Below are positions 10,601 to 18,437 of a stretch of DNA of 57,872 nucleotides, one piece after another; within the stretch, counting starts at the first letter, position 1; every line of letters begins with the position of its first letter. Under the pieces are notes generated by a model that saw only the letters and a list, made by a program, of their open reading frames with translations, had not been told where the DNA came from and ran no database searches. A program made the translations under genes and the position numbers. The stretch lies in the IMG/VR virus record IMGVR_UViG_3300032315_000356, positions 1 through 57,872 of that record. One strand, given 5' to 3'. This stretch comes from a virus (Duplodnaviria; Caudoviricetes).

Positions 10601-10831
10601 GACCCCAATCCTTCTTCTGGTCCACGCGTACCTATAGGCCCTACTACTGAAATATTGTCACCGATAACATTAGTTCCGTTTATTAAACCCGCACCCGAAT
10701 ACGATCCTGTTAATCTTCCACCAAATCTTGATCCTAGATTTATAACGAGTACGATACTACCTGCAACATTGTCGATCCCCGAAGCGATTGATCATGTAAT
10801 TAACTGCAACTGTGATTGCTGGATCAACTAA
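7634..10831 (+). CDS. Large virion structural protein (tail/baseplate-like)
   Basis: 1065 aa, Thr/Gly/Pro-rich; ITVTDPGGGY...P.ITISGGSGATA repeat typical of myovirus structural proteins. Confidence 0.65.
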   Translation: MAETGKQSPLGMNVFGQFLSNIGLNVNPVAASYMGASKTNASYTPGSLINHTVLRCLTYAINDAYLRGEPGNPIKTATLANCIISGAGSPSGDILQVGSVTSGKEGKIELGMTLSGTGVTPGTTIIGNLSNSDGTTSGSRWLLSTSSTVSTPTPMVATFTPGNTTITNDTYDQLISIGSGTLPVLGNAKPPTYVAEDPAGIWTTAAVNYGIQNGYPSALPGPATSGYGIEGITLQGQSATWLPYNTTNPNISVTQWGYLRLHALQAWNEFNWNSDEPTAANPNYSEFTNSFSQISGWITQENQTISIASNSAQFLDGVYSNMNDLMTGDIAGVNLSSFEFGTDLINLGKVIDLQDIESFGLPSNLLKAITTAGALTKDLSLALLAAGLDINEIQDISDGTIITPTKLQEQKIYGAYLIITGQNLIDVLAPLQCKTLGLTALSDLLDVKMMFPISYAAMTVPIYNADVVPTNSKTYYLLYVDGAINMALDTPTMRTYVGIQIPTSVPSTYERALNSTNYNDVPIGFGAYLRDIIPLDQAIAAGAWSFAMRQVRNIKFTDINRLGKAIQGLENNANLPLTAGTSKPTAQISTDAANSITALGSGPNGTYTMSDAFGCLTGLPYPWELLQNRIQNVSTTKLHNIYRENYLATTWSEAQVTIDCATRTVGPTTYYSIIGITVTDPGGGYGRGNAPVPSITISGGSGATAIVSIGTDDMDMTTFGKVTTVRISSSGIETTSLPTATIEAPPIGALPVTVTGEIATGGTNTISGTVAWPDPMNSVVQGYVSQANAEISSIYQNNIEQSVYLNAYWDICGAQLKREQRTRYKALTPVSIPKNYFSTSYPNQLSNFVDTLPAAAQDTRPHMTVQTLEALADLNTVGGQSLVAMMRESRNQTRLALAGLELDNSIPDTPTSDSQKAVTTNGTIGGAVDGITNLTTGTDYTIPSWPGNIDDGGNVLTPSPIGTYNPDLPKYQPTAGTAPGDITGPLLGADPNPSSGPRVPIGPTTEILSPITLVPFIKPAPEYDPVNLPPNLDPRFITSTILPATLSIPEAIDHVINCNCDCWIN

Positions 10832-10883
10832 ATTTTTGATACTTTTGTTTTCTACATAACTATTGATAGAGGATTTATATACA

Positions 10884-11978
10884 GTGACATATCTATTTAC
10901 CAGTGAAAGCGTTTCCGAAGGTCACCCAGATAAAGTTGCTGATGCCATTAGTGACGGCATCCTAGATATGATAATGGCAAATAGAGATACTTCACTAAGA
11001 TGTGCGTGTGAGACATTGGTTACTACTGATCAGGTAGTTGTCGCAGGTGAGTTTAAGGGCGAGATAGATAGCCTTGATTTAGAATATATGGTTAGGCGTG
11101 TCGTAAAGAACATTGGGTATGAACAAGAGGGGTTTCATTGGAAAACCCTCAACGTCACTAATTTTATGCACGAGCAAAGTTCGGACATTGCTTTAGGCAC
11201 TGACAATTTCGGCGCCGGAGATCAAGGTTTGATGTTCGGATATGCATGTAAAGAAACTGAAAATTTTATGCCGGCTCCTATCTATTATTCACATAGGATT
11301 GTAGAAGCATTGTCCCAGGTTCGCCGCTCTAATGAAGGCACGTGGTTAGGCCCCGATGCTAAAAGTCAGGTAACGGTAGAATACAATGATGACAGCACAG
11401 TAAGTCGCATCGCGAAAATTGTATGCTCATCACAACATCATGCCGACATCAACATTGCATTAGTTAGAGCTAGCATCGAAGCGATTATCCGTGCAGTGAT
11501 TCCTGCTAATCTAGTTGACAATAATACTGAATTTTTGATTAATCCAACCGGACGCTTTGTGATAGGCGGCCCCGTTGGAGATACCGGATTAACTGGTCGC
11601 AAGATTATAGTTGATACATACGGCGGCTCATCTCCCCATGGCGGCGGCGCATTCTCCGGTAAAGACCCTACCAAAGTAGATAGGTCAGCAGCATACATGG
11701 CTAGATATCTCGCAAAAAATCTAGTTGCTTCTGGTAAAGCAGAGTGGGCTACGGTACAACTCAGTTATGCAATTGGAATGGTAAATCCTACTAGTGTGTA
11801 TGTCGAAAGTGATAGGGACAGCAGAGACTTGACTGAATGGATCATCAAGAATGTCGACCTAACTCCAAAAGGCATAATCGACCGATTCGACCTGTTTTCT
11901 CCGATCTATAGCAGTACTACTAACTATGGTCACTTCGGAAAAAGCTATCTGCCTTGGGAAAAAATCAACCTTTTCTAA
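10884..11978 (+). CDS. metK: S-adenosylmethionine synthetase
   Basis: FTSESVSEGHPDK, GAGDQG, DTGLTGRKIIVDTYGG, GGGAFSGKDPTKVDRS, YGHFG. GTG start at 10884 after gagga. Confidence 0.97.
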   Translation: MTYLFTSESVSEGHPDKVADAISDGILDMIMANRDTSLRCACETLVTTDQVVVAGEFKGEIDSLDLEYMVRRVVKNIGYEQEGFHWKTLNVTNFMHEQSSDIALGTDNFGAGDQGLMFGYACKETENFMPAPIYYSHRIVEALSQVRRSNEGTWLGPDAKSQVTVEYNDDSTVSRIAKIVCSSQHHADINIALVRASIEAIIRAVIPANLVDNNTEFLINPTGRFVIGGPVGDTGLTGRKIIVDTYGGSSPHGGGAFSGKDPTKVDRSAAYMARYLAKNLVASGKAEWATVQLSYAIGMVNPTSVYVESDRDSRDLTEWIIKNVDLTPKGIIDRFDLFSPIYSSTTNYGHFGKSYLPWEKINLF

Positions 11979-11987
11979 CTTTTTCGG

Positions 11988-12026
11988 TTGACATTAGTTG
12001 CCCGTTTTGTTATATTGAATTATAGA
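11988..12026 (+). promoter_or_regulatory. sigma70-type early promoter with GAATTATAGA box
   Basis: TTGACA-17bp-TATATT-GAATTATAGA. Confidence 0.85.
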
Positions 12027-12044
12027 TAGCAACGGAGACACGAC

Positions 12045-12260
12045 ATGGGTTATCAAGTTTTGAACATTTCTCAAGATTTCCGTTCTAAGTATCAGGCCCG
12101 CAAGGGCCTTGAAGGTCCCTTTTTCTACCCAAACGGTCGAGTGAGTTACTACGATCCAAAGGAAGGTGCCTACTACGATCCAACTACTGACTTCTATCTC
12201 TCGCATGAAGAAGCTGCTGAGCTTCAGAATTCGGTGTTTGATGCCATCAGGGGCAAATAA
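12045..12260 (+). CDS. Conserved small phage protein
   Basis: GLEGPF...GRV.YYDPKEG.YYDP.TDFY; SD ggag; directly downstream of a promoter. Confidence 0.75.
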   Translation: MGYQVLNISQDFRSKYQARKGLEGPFFYPNGRVSYYDPKEGAYYDPTTDFYLSHEEAAELQNSVFDAIRGK

Positions 12261-12536
12261 ATGTTTGTATTGTATGACAACGAAATGAATCAATACATGT
12301 ATCCCTGGCGGGCTAATCCATATACTTCAAATTTGCAACAAGCTAAACAGTACATCCGCCGCCATGCTGCGATTGAAGCGGGCGCGTTGCAAAACGTTAC
12401 TCGCTCTCTTCCTCCGGGATATTCTGCTCCGAATAAGCATTATCAAAATCGTCCTCAAGTCGAAGTACGAGAGATAGACTCTCACGGTAATATTCTTAGC
12501 ACAATTGTTCCTCCCCCATCATGGATTAGTGTATAA
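12261..12536 (+). CDS. Hypothetical protein
   Basis: Abuts the previous stop codon and ends just before the next promoter. Confidence 0.6.
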   Translation: MFVLYDNEMNQYMYPWRANPYTSNLQQAKQYIRRHAAIEAGALQNVTRSLPPGYSAPNKHYQNRPQVEVREIDSHGNILSTIVPPPSWISV

Positions 12537-12540
12537 CAGC

Positions 12541-12579
12541 TTGACTTTATTTTTGATATAGTCTATATTGAATTATAGA
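12541..12579 (+). promoter_or_regulatory. sigma70-type early promoter with GAATTATAGA box
   Basis: TTGACT-17bp-TATATT-GAATTATAGA. Confidence 0.85.
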
Positions 12580-12598
12580 TCGAAATAAGGAATATGTC

Positions 12599-13807
12599 AT
12601 GAACTATGATTTCCCCAGGATCACTAACATATCTGATGTTTTGCCGGCGATTGAAGGTCGTGCCGAATTTACAGTAGCCCAGAAAGAAGGCTACACGGTC
12701 ATCAACTATAACGTGATGTTCGAGGATACGTTTCCGGAAGTAATCCACTATGGTGATCTTCGCGCAAACCATGATCACTATGAAATAGAGAACTTTAACG
12801 CTCGTGTTCGGCGTGAGTGCCGCGGCATCATCTTTGATGCGGAGACTGGTGATATAATCCGTCGTCCGTTCCATAAGTTCTTCAATGTCAACGAGCGTAC
12901 TGAAACGCAAGATCACATCGTTGACTTGTCGCAGCCGCACGTTATCCTTGAGAAGCTGGACGGGTCTATGATCGTTCCTTTCCTGCTCAACGGCGAGATC
13001 CGCTGGGGCACCAAGATGGGGCTGACTGATGTGGCTGCTCCGGTTGAAGAGTTCGTTAAGAATTCCAATATTGAATACGTGGATTATGCTCGCGATCTTT
13101 TGGAGTTGGGCTTTTGCCCGATTTTCGAATGGTGCTCGCGCAAGCAAAAGATTGTTCTTGACTACGGCCAAGAAGATCAACTGATCCTTACCGCGGTCCG
13201 AGAAATCAAGACCGGCAAATATATGCCTCTCAACTATTATAATCGAGGGTTGTATGACATCCCCGAAGTTCGAGGCTTCGATCCCATTACGGATATGAAG
13301 GCTTTCCTCGAGTATGTTTCGACGCTCACTGACGTTGAAGGTTTTGTTATTCGCTTCGCTGATGGTCATATGGCCAAGGTGAAGTGTCATTGGTACCTTC
13401 AGATTCATAAGGCTAAGGAAGCTATCCTGCAGGATCGCAACATTGTCGAACTGATTCTTGAGGAACATCTTGATGATGTCAAGGCGCATCTTATCGATGA
13501 AGATCGTGTTCGTATCACTAAGTTCGAATCTGATTTTAACAACGCAGTCTATCGGGTAGTTGATAAGATCCAAGCTGACCATCTTGCACTGAAAGTTGCT
13601 GGTATGGATCGAAAAGCGTTTGCTCTTAATGAAGCACAGAAGCATGACGCATTCGTCCGCCCGATCCTTTTCAGAATCTTCGATGAGTATACTCTGCCGA
13701 ATATCCTTCCTCTAGTGCATAATATGATTCGCAACAACCTGACCAAGACCGCACGGTATGAAGAAATTCGTGATGCGTGGTTCCCTGACGTAAAATACAA
13801 CAGCTAA
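12599..13807 (+). CDS. RNA ligase, T4 Rnl1-like
   Basis: ECRGIIF, RPFHKFFN, EKLDGS (motif I), EGFVI (motif IV), KVK (motif V). Confidence 0.9.
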   Translation: MNYDFPRITNISDVLPAIEGRAEFTVAQKEGYTVINYNVMFEDTFPEVIHYGDLRANHDHYEIENFNARVRRECRGIIFDAETGDIIRRPFHKFFNVNERTETQDHIVDLSQPHVILEKLDGSMIVPFLLNGEIRWGTKMGLTDVAAPVEEFVKNSNIEYVDYARDLLELGFCPIFEWCSRKQKIVLDYGQEDQLILTAVREIKTGKYMPLNYYNRGLYDIPEVRGFDPITDMKAFLEYVSTLTDVEGFVIRFADGHMAKVKCHWYLQIHKAKEAILQDRNIVELILEEHLDDVKAHLIDEDRVRITKFESDFNNAVYRVVDKIQADHLALKVAGMDRKAFALNEAQKHDAFVRPILFRIFDEYTLPNILPLVHNMIRNNLTKTARYEEIRDAWFPDVKYNS

Positions 13808-13828
13808 TTAACCTCAAAGGAAAAGAGA

Positions 13829-14107
13829 ATGAGCGAGAATATTTTTATCCCTACTGTAAATCAAGGCTACGTTCGTACCATCGAAGGACGAATCGGCAGT
13901 TTGAAGATCAACAAGCCTGAAGGTTACATCGGAGAAATCAAGTATATGGAACATGCTCTCAAAGATGTGATCAATCGAATGGAACCAGGAGAACTAGCCA
14001 ATCTTCGTAGTTATCAGAATATAGTGATGACTCCTAAGGAGATCGAAGAAGAACGGGTCCGTGTTAATAAGGCGATGGCAGAAAATCGCGATAAGCCTAG
14101 TATCTAG
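13829..14107 (+). CDS. Hypothetical protein
   Basis: SD aagga; fills the gap before the next promoter. Confidence 0.6.
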   Translation: MSENIFIPTVNQGYVRTIEGRIGSLKINKPEGYIGEIKYMEHALKDVINRMEPGELANLRSYQNIVMTPKEIEEERVRVNKAMAENRDKPSI

Positions 14108-14119
14108 TTACGATTTCGG

Positions 14120-14158
14120 TTGACTTCATATCCGTCTCTTGCTATTATGAATCATAGA
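14120..14158 (+). promoter_or_regulatory. sigma70-type early promoter with GAATCATAGA box
   Basis: TTGACT-17bp-TATTAT-GAATCATAGA. Confidence 0.85.
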
Positions 14159-14177
14159 CAATCAATCGGAAAAAGCA

Positions 14178-14737
14178 ATGCTTGATACTCAAGCTGAGAT
14201 GTGGGCGGTTCTTTGTGAACCGCCCGAGCAGTTCAACGACCTGATACGCCATTTCGATACGGTAGAATTCAAGAAAAAGTTCAACAGTACTTCGTTTACT
14301 TGGAATACCATCGATCCAGATGAAGTGATGCGCAAGTTTCGTATCGCGTGTATCGAATATGCCATGGCTGCGGCGGAAATCAAGGTTGTGTCGATCCCAA
14401 TTCCTGATTACTGGCAAACGGTAAAAGATGCCTGTCAACAGGTCATCGATGCCTTGAATGGTAATGGTGATTTGGTTGATGCTCGTGCCGCTGCTGCTCA
14501 TGCTGCTGGTGCTGCTGCTAGTACTGCTGCTGCTAGTGTTGCTGATACTGCTTATTATGCTGCTCGCGATGCATCACTTGCTTTGGTGCCCGCTCCCGCG
14601 CGCGATTCATTCACGACGTTCCGCAACCCCTATCCTACCACTGCTTATGCTGCTGTTAACGCTAACACTGCCGCTGCCGAAGCTGACCTATTTGAAATCT
14701 TTATCAACATTATTTTGTCCGAATACGAAAATAAAAG
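14178..14737 (+). CDS. Ala-rich hypothetical early protein; no stop codon, reads in frame into the downstream ATPase gene
   Basis: Own promoter at 14120 and an Ala-rich (GCT)n tract at about 14482-14680. The end coordinate is the inferred ancestral end; the ORF formally continues to 15806. Confidence 0.55.
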
Positions 14738-14738
14738 G

Positions 14739-14777
14739 TTGACATCAGATGCCCCTTTTGCTACATTGAATTATAGA
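14739..14777 (+). promoter_or_regulatory. sigma70-type early promoter with GAATTATAGA box, internal to the long ORF
   Basis: TTGACA-17bp-TACATT-GAATTATAGA, followed by SD aagga and ATG at 14799. Confidence 0.85.
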
Positions 14778-14798
14778 AACGATTCAAAAGGAATGAAC

Positions 14799-15806
14799 AT
14801 GTCTCGCGTCCTCGTTAAGTCCGGTGAATACCGTAACTATCCCGTAATCGATGCGAGTTTCGAACTCGTTAAGGGTTTTCAAATCGGTGCAAAGGGTGGA
14901 TACATTACTGTGAAGAACGGCGGATTTTTTCCCGTGGCTATCGAAGACATCAAGATCAAGGTCAACGGTCCTGACGATTTTGAGATCGACGGAGAACCGA
15001 TCGCTGCTGAAGTCAAGGCAGAGGAAACTGACGAAGAAGCGATGAACCGTATTGCTACTCGGTTCGAGATCCTCGACGAGATGTCGACGGCCTGCATTAA
15101 CGGTGACATCCGTGCGATGATCGTTTCGGGACCGCCGGGAGTCGGCAAGTCGTTTGGTGTCGAGACCCAGCTTGAAAAGGCTTCGATGTTTGATAAGATC
15201 GCAGGCAATCGTATTCGGTATCAAGTTGTCAAGGGTGCGATGACTGCTCTTGGTCTCTATACCCAGCTGTACAAGTATAGTGACAAGAAGAACATCTTGG
15301 TTTTCGACGACTGTGATAGTGTGTTCATGGATGATCTCGCGTTGAACATCCTGAAGGCGGCTCTTGACAGCGGCAAGCGTCGTAAGATTTGTTGGAATTC
15401 GGATTCTCGCTTGCTGCGTGAAGAAGGCATTCCCAATAGCTTCAACTTTAATGGCTCGTGCATCTTTATCACGAACCTTAAGTTCGACAATATCAAGTCT
15501 AAGCGTCTGCAAGATCACCTTGAAGCCCTTCAGTCTCGTTGTCACTTCCTCGATCTGACGATTGATACTGCTCGTGACATGATGCTTAGGATCCGTCAGG
15601 TTGATCGTGATGCTACTGGCGGCCTGTTCAGTGATTATAACTTCCAAAATAATGAAGGTGAACAAGTACTCGCATATATGGAAGCGAACAACAATAAGCT
15701 GCGTGAATTGTCTATCCGTATGGCTCTCAAGATCGCTGATCTTATCAAGATGTCCCCGAAGAACTGGGCCAATCTCGCTCAAAGTACTTGCATGAAGCGT
15801 GGGTAG
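14799..15806 (+). CDS. AAA-family P-loop ATPase
   Basis: Walker A GPPGVGKS, Walker B ILVFDDCD, sensor IFITN, ALQSRC arginine finger. Confidence 0.85.
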   Translation: MSRVLVKSGEYRNYPVIDASFELVKGFQIGAKGGYITVKNGGFFPVAIEDIKIKVNGPDDFEIDGEPIAAEVKAEETDEEAMNRIATRFEILDEMSTACINGDIRAMIVSGPPGVGKSFGVETQLEKASMFDKIAGNRIRYQVVKGAMTALGLYTQLYKYSDKKNILVFDDCDSVFMDDLALNILKAALDSGKRRKICWNSDSRLLREEGIPNSFNFNGSCIFITNLKFDNIKSKRLQDHLEALQSRCHFLDLTIDTARDMMLRIRQVDRDATGGLFSDYNFQNNEGEQVLAYMEANNNKLRELSIRMALKIADLIKMSPKNWANLAQSTCMKRG

Positions 15807-15828
15807 TCTTTAAAAATACTAACTACTT

Positions 15829-15859
15829 AAATTAGGGGGCATTTGCCCCCTAATTTTTT
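15829..15859 (+). terminator. Rho-independent terminator closing the early island
   Basis: aaattagggggc-attt-gccccctaattt followed by a T run. Confidence 0.9.
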
Positions 15860-15869
15860 ACCGATATAG

Positions 15870-15899
15870 TTGACTTGTTGTACTACAATGATATACAAT
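15870..15899 (+). promoter_or_regulatory. sigma70-type promoter, ATG near +1
   Basis: TTGACT-18bp-TACAAT; ATG at 15906. Confidence 0.7.
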
Positions 15900-15905
15900 A
15901 ATAGA

Positions 15906-16898
15906 ATGAAGAACAAAGAGCAGCTTTTGTATTTTTTCCTCAGTGGAAAAATTTCGTTGAGCCAGTATGATTATAAGTTCATGACCAACCTGCAAACAAT
16001 TATCGGTAACACGCAACGAATCACTTCTAATCAAGCAATGTTGTTTGACAATCTTATTAGTAAATATAAAAAACAGTTAACTAAGACAGGTTATATCAAA
16101 GAAGAACTTAAAAAACTTCCATGGAATGCCTCTCTCGTAGAGAGTACAGTAGAATATACCGGAGCGTTCGTTTCTACTATAGACGGTGAACTTCAAATCA
16201 GAGTCCCCTTTAATAAAGCGTTTATTGCCAAATTCAGAGAGATCCCAGACAATTCTTTTGAATGGAGCAAAGATTCCAAAGTTTACCGGGCCCCCTTCTC
16301 TACTACTGCATTTAAAATCGCACATCATACTCTTCCTAAATACTTCAGTAATGTTAGCTATAGCAACGATCTTTCGGCTATACTAGACAAGTTATCTTAT
16401 TATGATAGCGCGACCGTATGGGAACCCACACTGTTCGATCACAACGGATACCTTTTCATCGCTGCGTCCAATCATGTTGTTCACGAATTGTTACAGGACG
16501 TCGAACTTAAATTGGATATGAAAACACTATATCTGCTATCACAATATGGAATTAAAGTAGATTCAAAAATTACAGATAATCGCCCGGAACTTAAGTTTGC
16601 ATCAGAATTTATCACTGAAGTAGACCTAGATGATATGGCACACGCAGTCCAGTGGCTAGTAGACATTGGTTGTGCTAATGTGACCTTAGGGCAGGGTATG
16701 GCATATGGCAGCGGTCGAACCATCAGAAATCAGATTCTCAGTAAACTAAATGAACACTATATTTCGAGTGTTGTGTTAGACAATTATTCAGGTAATAATC
16801 TTGTCCAAATACAAAACGTTACTCATATCTTTGGGCTTGCACCAAAGATAACTAAATGCATTATCTTAAAAAATTCGAGGCCGATAGATATCACATGA
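15906..16898 (+). CDS. Hypothetical protein, possible HARP-like domain
   Basis: IRVPFNKAFIAKFREIP...WSKDSKVY resembles HARP-like domains; coupled to the helicase gene by ATGA. Confidence 0.6.
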   Translation: MKNKEQLLYFFLSGKISLSQYDYKFMTNLQTIIGNTQRITSNQAMLFDNLISKYKKQLTKTGYIKEELKKLPWNASLVESTVEYTGAFVSTIDGELQIRVPFNKAFIAKFREIPDNSFEWSKDSKVYRAPFSTTAFKIAHHTLPKYFSNVSYSNDLSAILDKLSYYDSATVWEPTLFDHNGYLFIAASNHVVHELLQDVELKLDMKTLYLLSQYGIKVDSKITDNRPELKFASEFITEVDLDDMAHAVQWLVDIGCANVTLGQGMAYGSGRTIRNQILSKLNEHYISSVVLDNYSGNNLVQIQNVTHIFGLAPKITKCIILKNSRPIDIT

Positions 16899-18349
16899 AA
16901 CTAGCAAAAATCATAATAAAAGACGAAGTGAATGTATCCGTCACCGGACTAGACCTCGATGTCCGAAAGTTTTTACATAAAAAGTTTGAATTCGAGAAAC
17001 CGGGGGCGCGATATCTTCCTGCAGTCCGATTGGGTCGATGGAACGGCAAGATCAGTTATTTCTCACTTGCTGGTAGTACATATATGAATCTGCTCGATCA
17101 AATTATCCCGATCTTGATCGACTATGATTATCAAATTGAACTAGATGATCGTAGACTTCTACATCCAGAATTCATGTTTGAGAAGGTAACAGAAGAGACT
17201 TTCTCGGGTATCTCGTGGCCTGAAGGTCACGAACGCGCAGGTCAACCCGTAATATTGCGCGATTACCAGATTGAGATCGTAAACAATTTCTTGGAGAACA
17301 CTCAATCACTTCAAGAGGCCGCGACTGGGGCGGGCAAGACTCTTGTGACTGCTGCTCTATCTAAGTCTGTAGAGCATCTAGGACGTTCTCTTGTGATCGT
17401 CCCTAACAAGAGCCTAGTGGTACAGACAGAAGCAGATTATATCAATCTAGGACTTGACGTAGGAGTGTATTTCGGTGATCGTAAGGATTATGGTAAGACA
17501 CATACTATTTGTACTTGGCAGTCGCTAAATAACCTTTTCAAAAACAAAGCAGATGCAGGAGAAGAAGAATCCGATGAATTTTTCTTTGAAGATATTGTCT
17601 GTGTTATGGTTGATGAAGTGCACCAAGCTAAAGCTGAGGTACTTAAGACAATGCTAACTGGTGTATTCAGTAATATCCCCATTCGCTGGGGTCTAACAGG
17701 TACGATTCCCAAAGAACCGATGGATCAGATGTCTATCCTAGTTTCGTTGGGTCCAGTCACTAGTAAGTTGGCAGCAAGTGAATTGCAAGACAGGGGTGTC
17801 CTTGCTAGATGTCACGTGAACATCGTTCAACTTAAGGATAAAGTAGAATTTACAAACTATCAATCTGAATTGAAATATCTATTGGAAGATTCTAATCGAC
17901 TAGACAAGATAGCGGAATTGATTCAAAAGGTAAACGAGACAGGAAATACATTAGTTCTAGTTGATCGAGTCAATGCGGGCAAAGAGCTTGCTAGTAGATT
18001 ATCTAATTCAGTGGTTGTTAACGGCAGCACTAAGCTTACTGAAAGGAAAGAAGAATATGATGAAATTGCCATCAGTGACGATAAGATATTAATCTGCACT
18101 TACGGCGTAGCGGCAGTAGGTATTAATGTTCCTAGACTGTTCAATGTAGTACTAATCGAACCAGGCAAATCATTTGTCCGAGTTATTCAATCGATCGGCC
18201 GAGGACTTCGTAAGGCATCAGACAAAGATTTTGTGCAAATTTGGGACATCACCTCAACCTGTAAGTTTGCAAAAAGGCACCTTACTCAAAGAAAAGCTTT
18301 CTACAAGGATGCACAGTATCCTACCTCTGTAGAAAAGTTAGAGTATTGA
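16895..18349 (+). CDS. uvsW: Superfamily II helicase, UvsW-like
   Basis: WNGKI, LRDYQ, ATGAGKT, DEVH, GLTGT, QSIGRGLR. Confidence 0.9.
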   Translation: MKLAKIIIKDEVNVSVTGLDLDVRKFLHKKFEFEKPGARYLPAVRLGRWNGKISYFSLAGSTYMNLLDQIIPILIDYDYQIELDDRRLLHPEFMFEKVTEETFSGISWPEGHERAGQPVILRDYQIEIVNNFLENTQSLQEAATGAGKTLVTAALSKSVEHLGRSLVIVPNKSLVVQTEADYINLGLDVGVYFGDRKDYGKTHTICTWQSLNNLFKNKADAGEEESDEFFFEDIVCVMVDEVHQAKAEVLKTMLTGVFSNIPIRWGLTGTIPKEPMDQMSILVSLGPVTSKLAASELQDRGVLARCHVNIVQLKDKVEFTNYQSELKYLLEDSNRLDKIAELIQKVNETGNTLVLVDRVNAGKELASRLSNSVVVNGSTKLTERKEEYDEIAISDDKILICTYGVAAVGINVPRLFNVVLIEPGKSFVRVIQSIGRGLRKASDKDFVQIWDITSTCKFAKRHLTQRKAFYKDAQYPTSVEKLEY

Positions 18350-18376
18350 TCTTTTTTAAATTGGACTATTAATGTG

Positions 18377-18405
18377 TTGACTTTTTATAACAGAAATGAT
18401 ATGAT
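18377..18405 (+). promoter_or_regulatory. sigma70-type promoter
   Basis: TTGACT-17bp-TATGAT; an ATG at 18412 opens a 12-aa uORF. Confidence 0.7.
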
Positions 18406-18437
18406 AATAATATGAAAAGACATATTGGAGAAAAACC

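Noticed and set aside
12563-13645. 360-aa antisense ORF over the RNA ligase
   Set aside because: No recognisable motifs or expression signals; explained by the codon bias of the sense gene.
14458-14742. Leu-rich 94-aa ORF that looks like a membrane protein
   Set aside because: It is the shifted reading (CTG)n of the (GCT)n alanine tract.
14784-15782. 332-aa antisense ORF over the AAA ATPase
   Set aside because: Same antisense shadow effect; the sense gene has clear motifs, a promoter and an SD.
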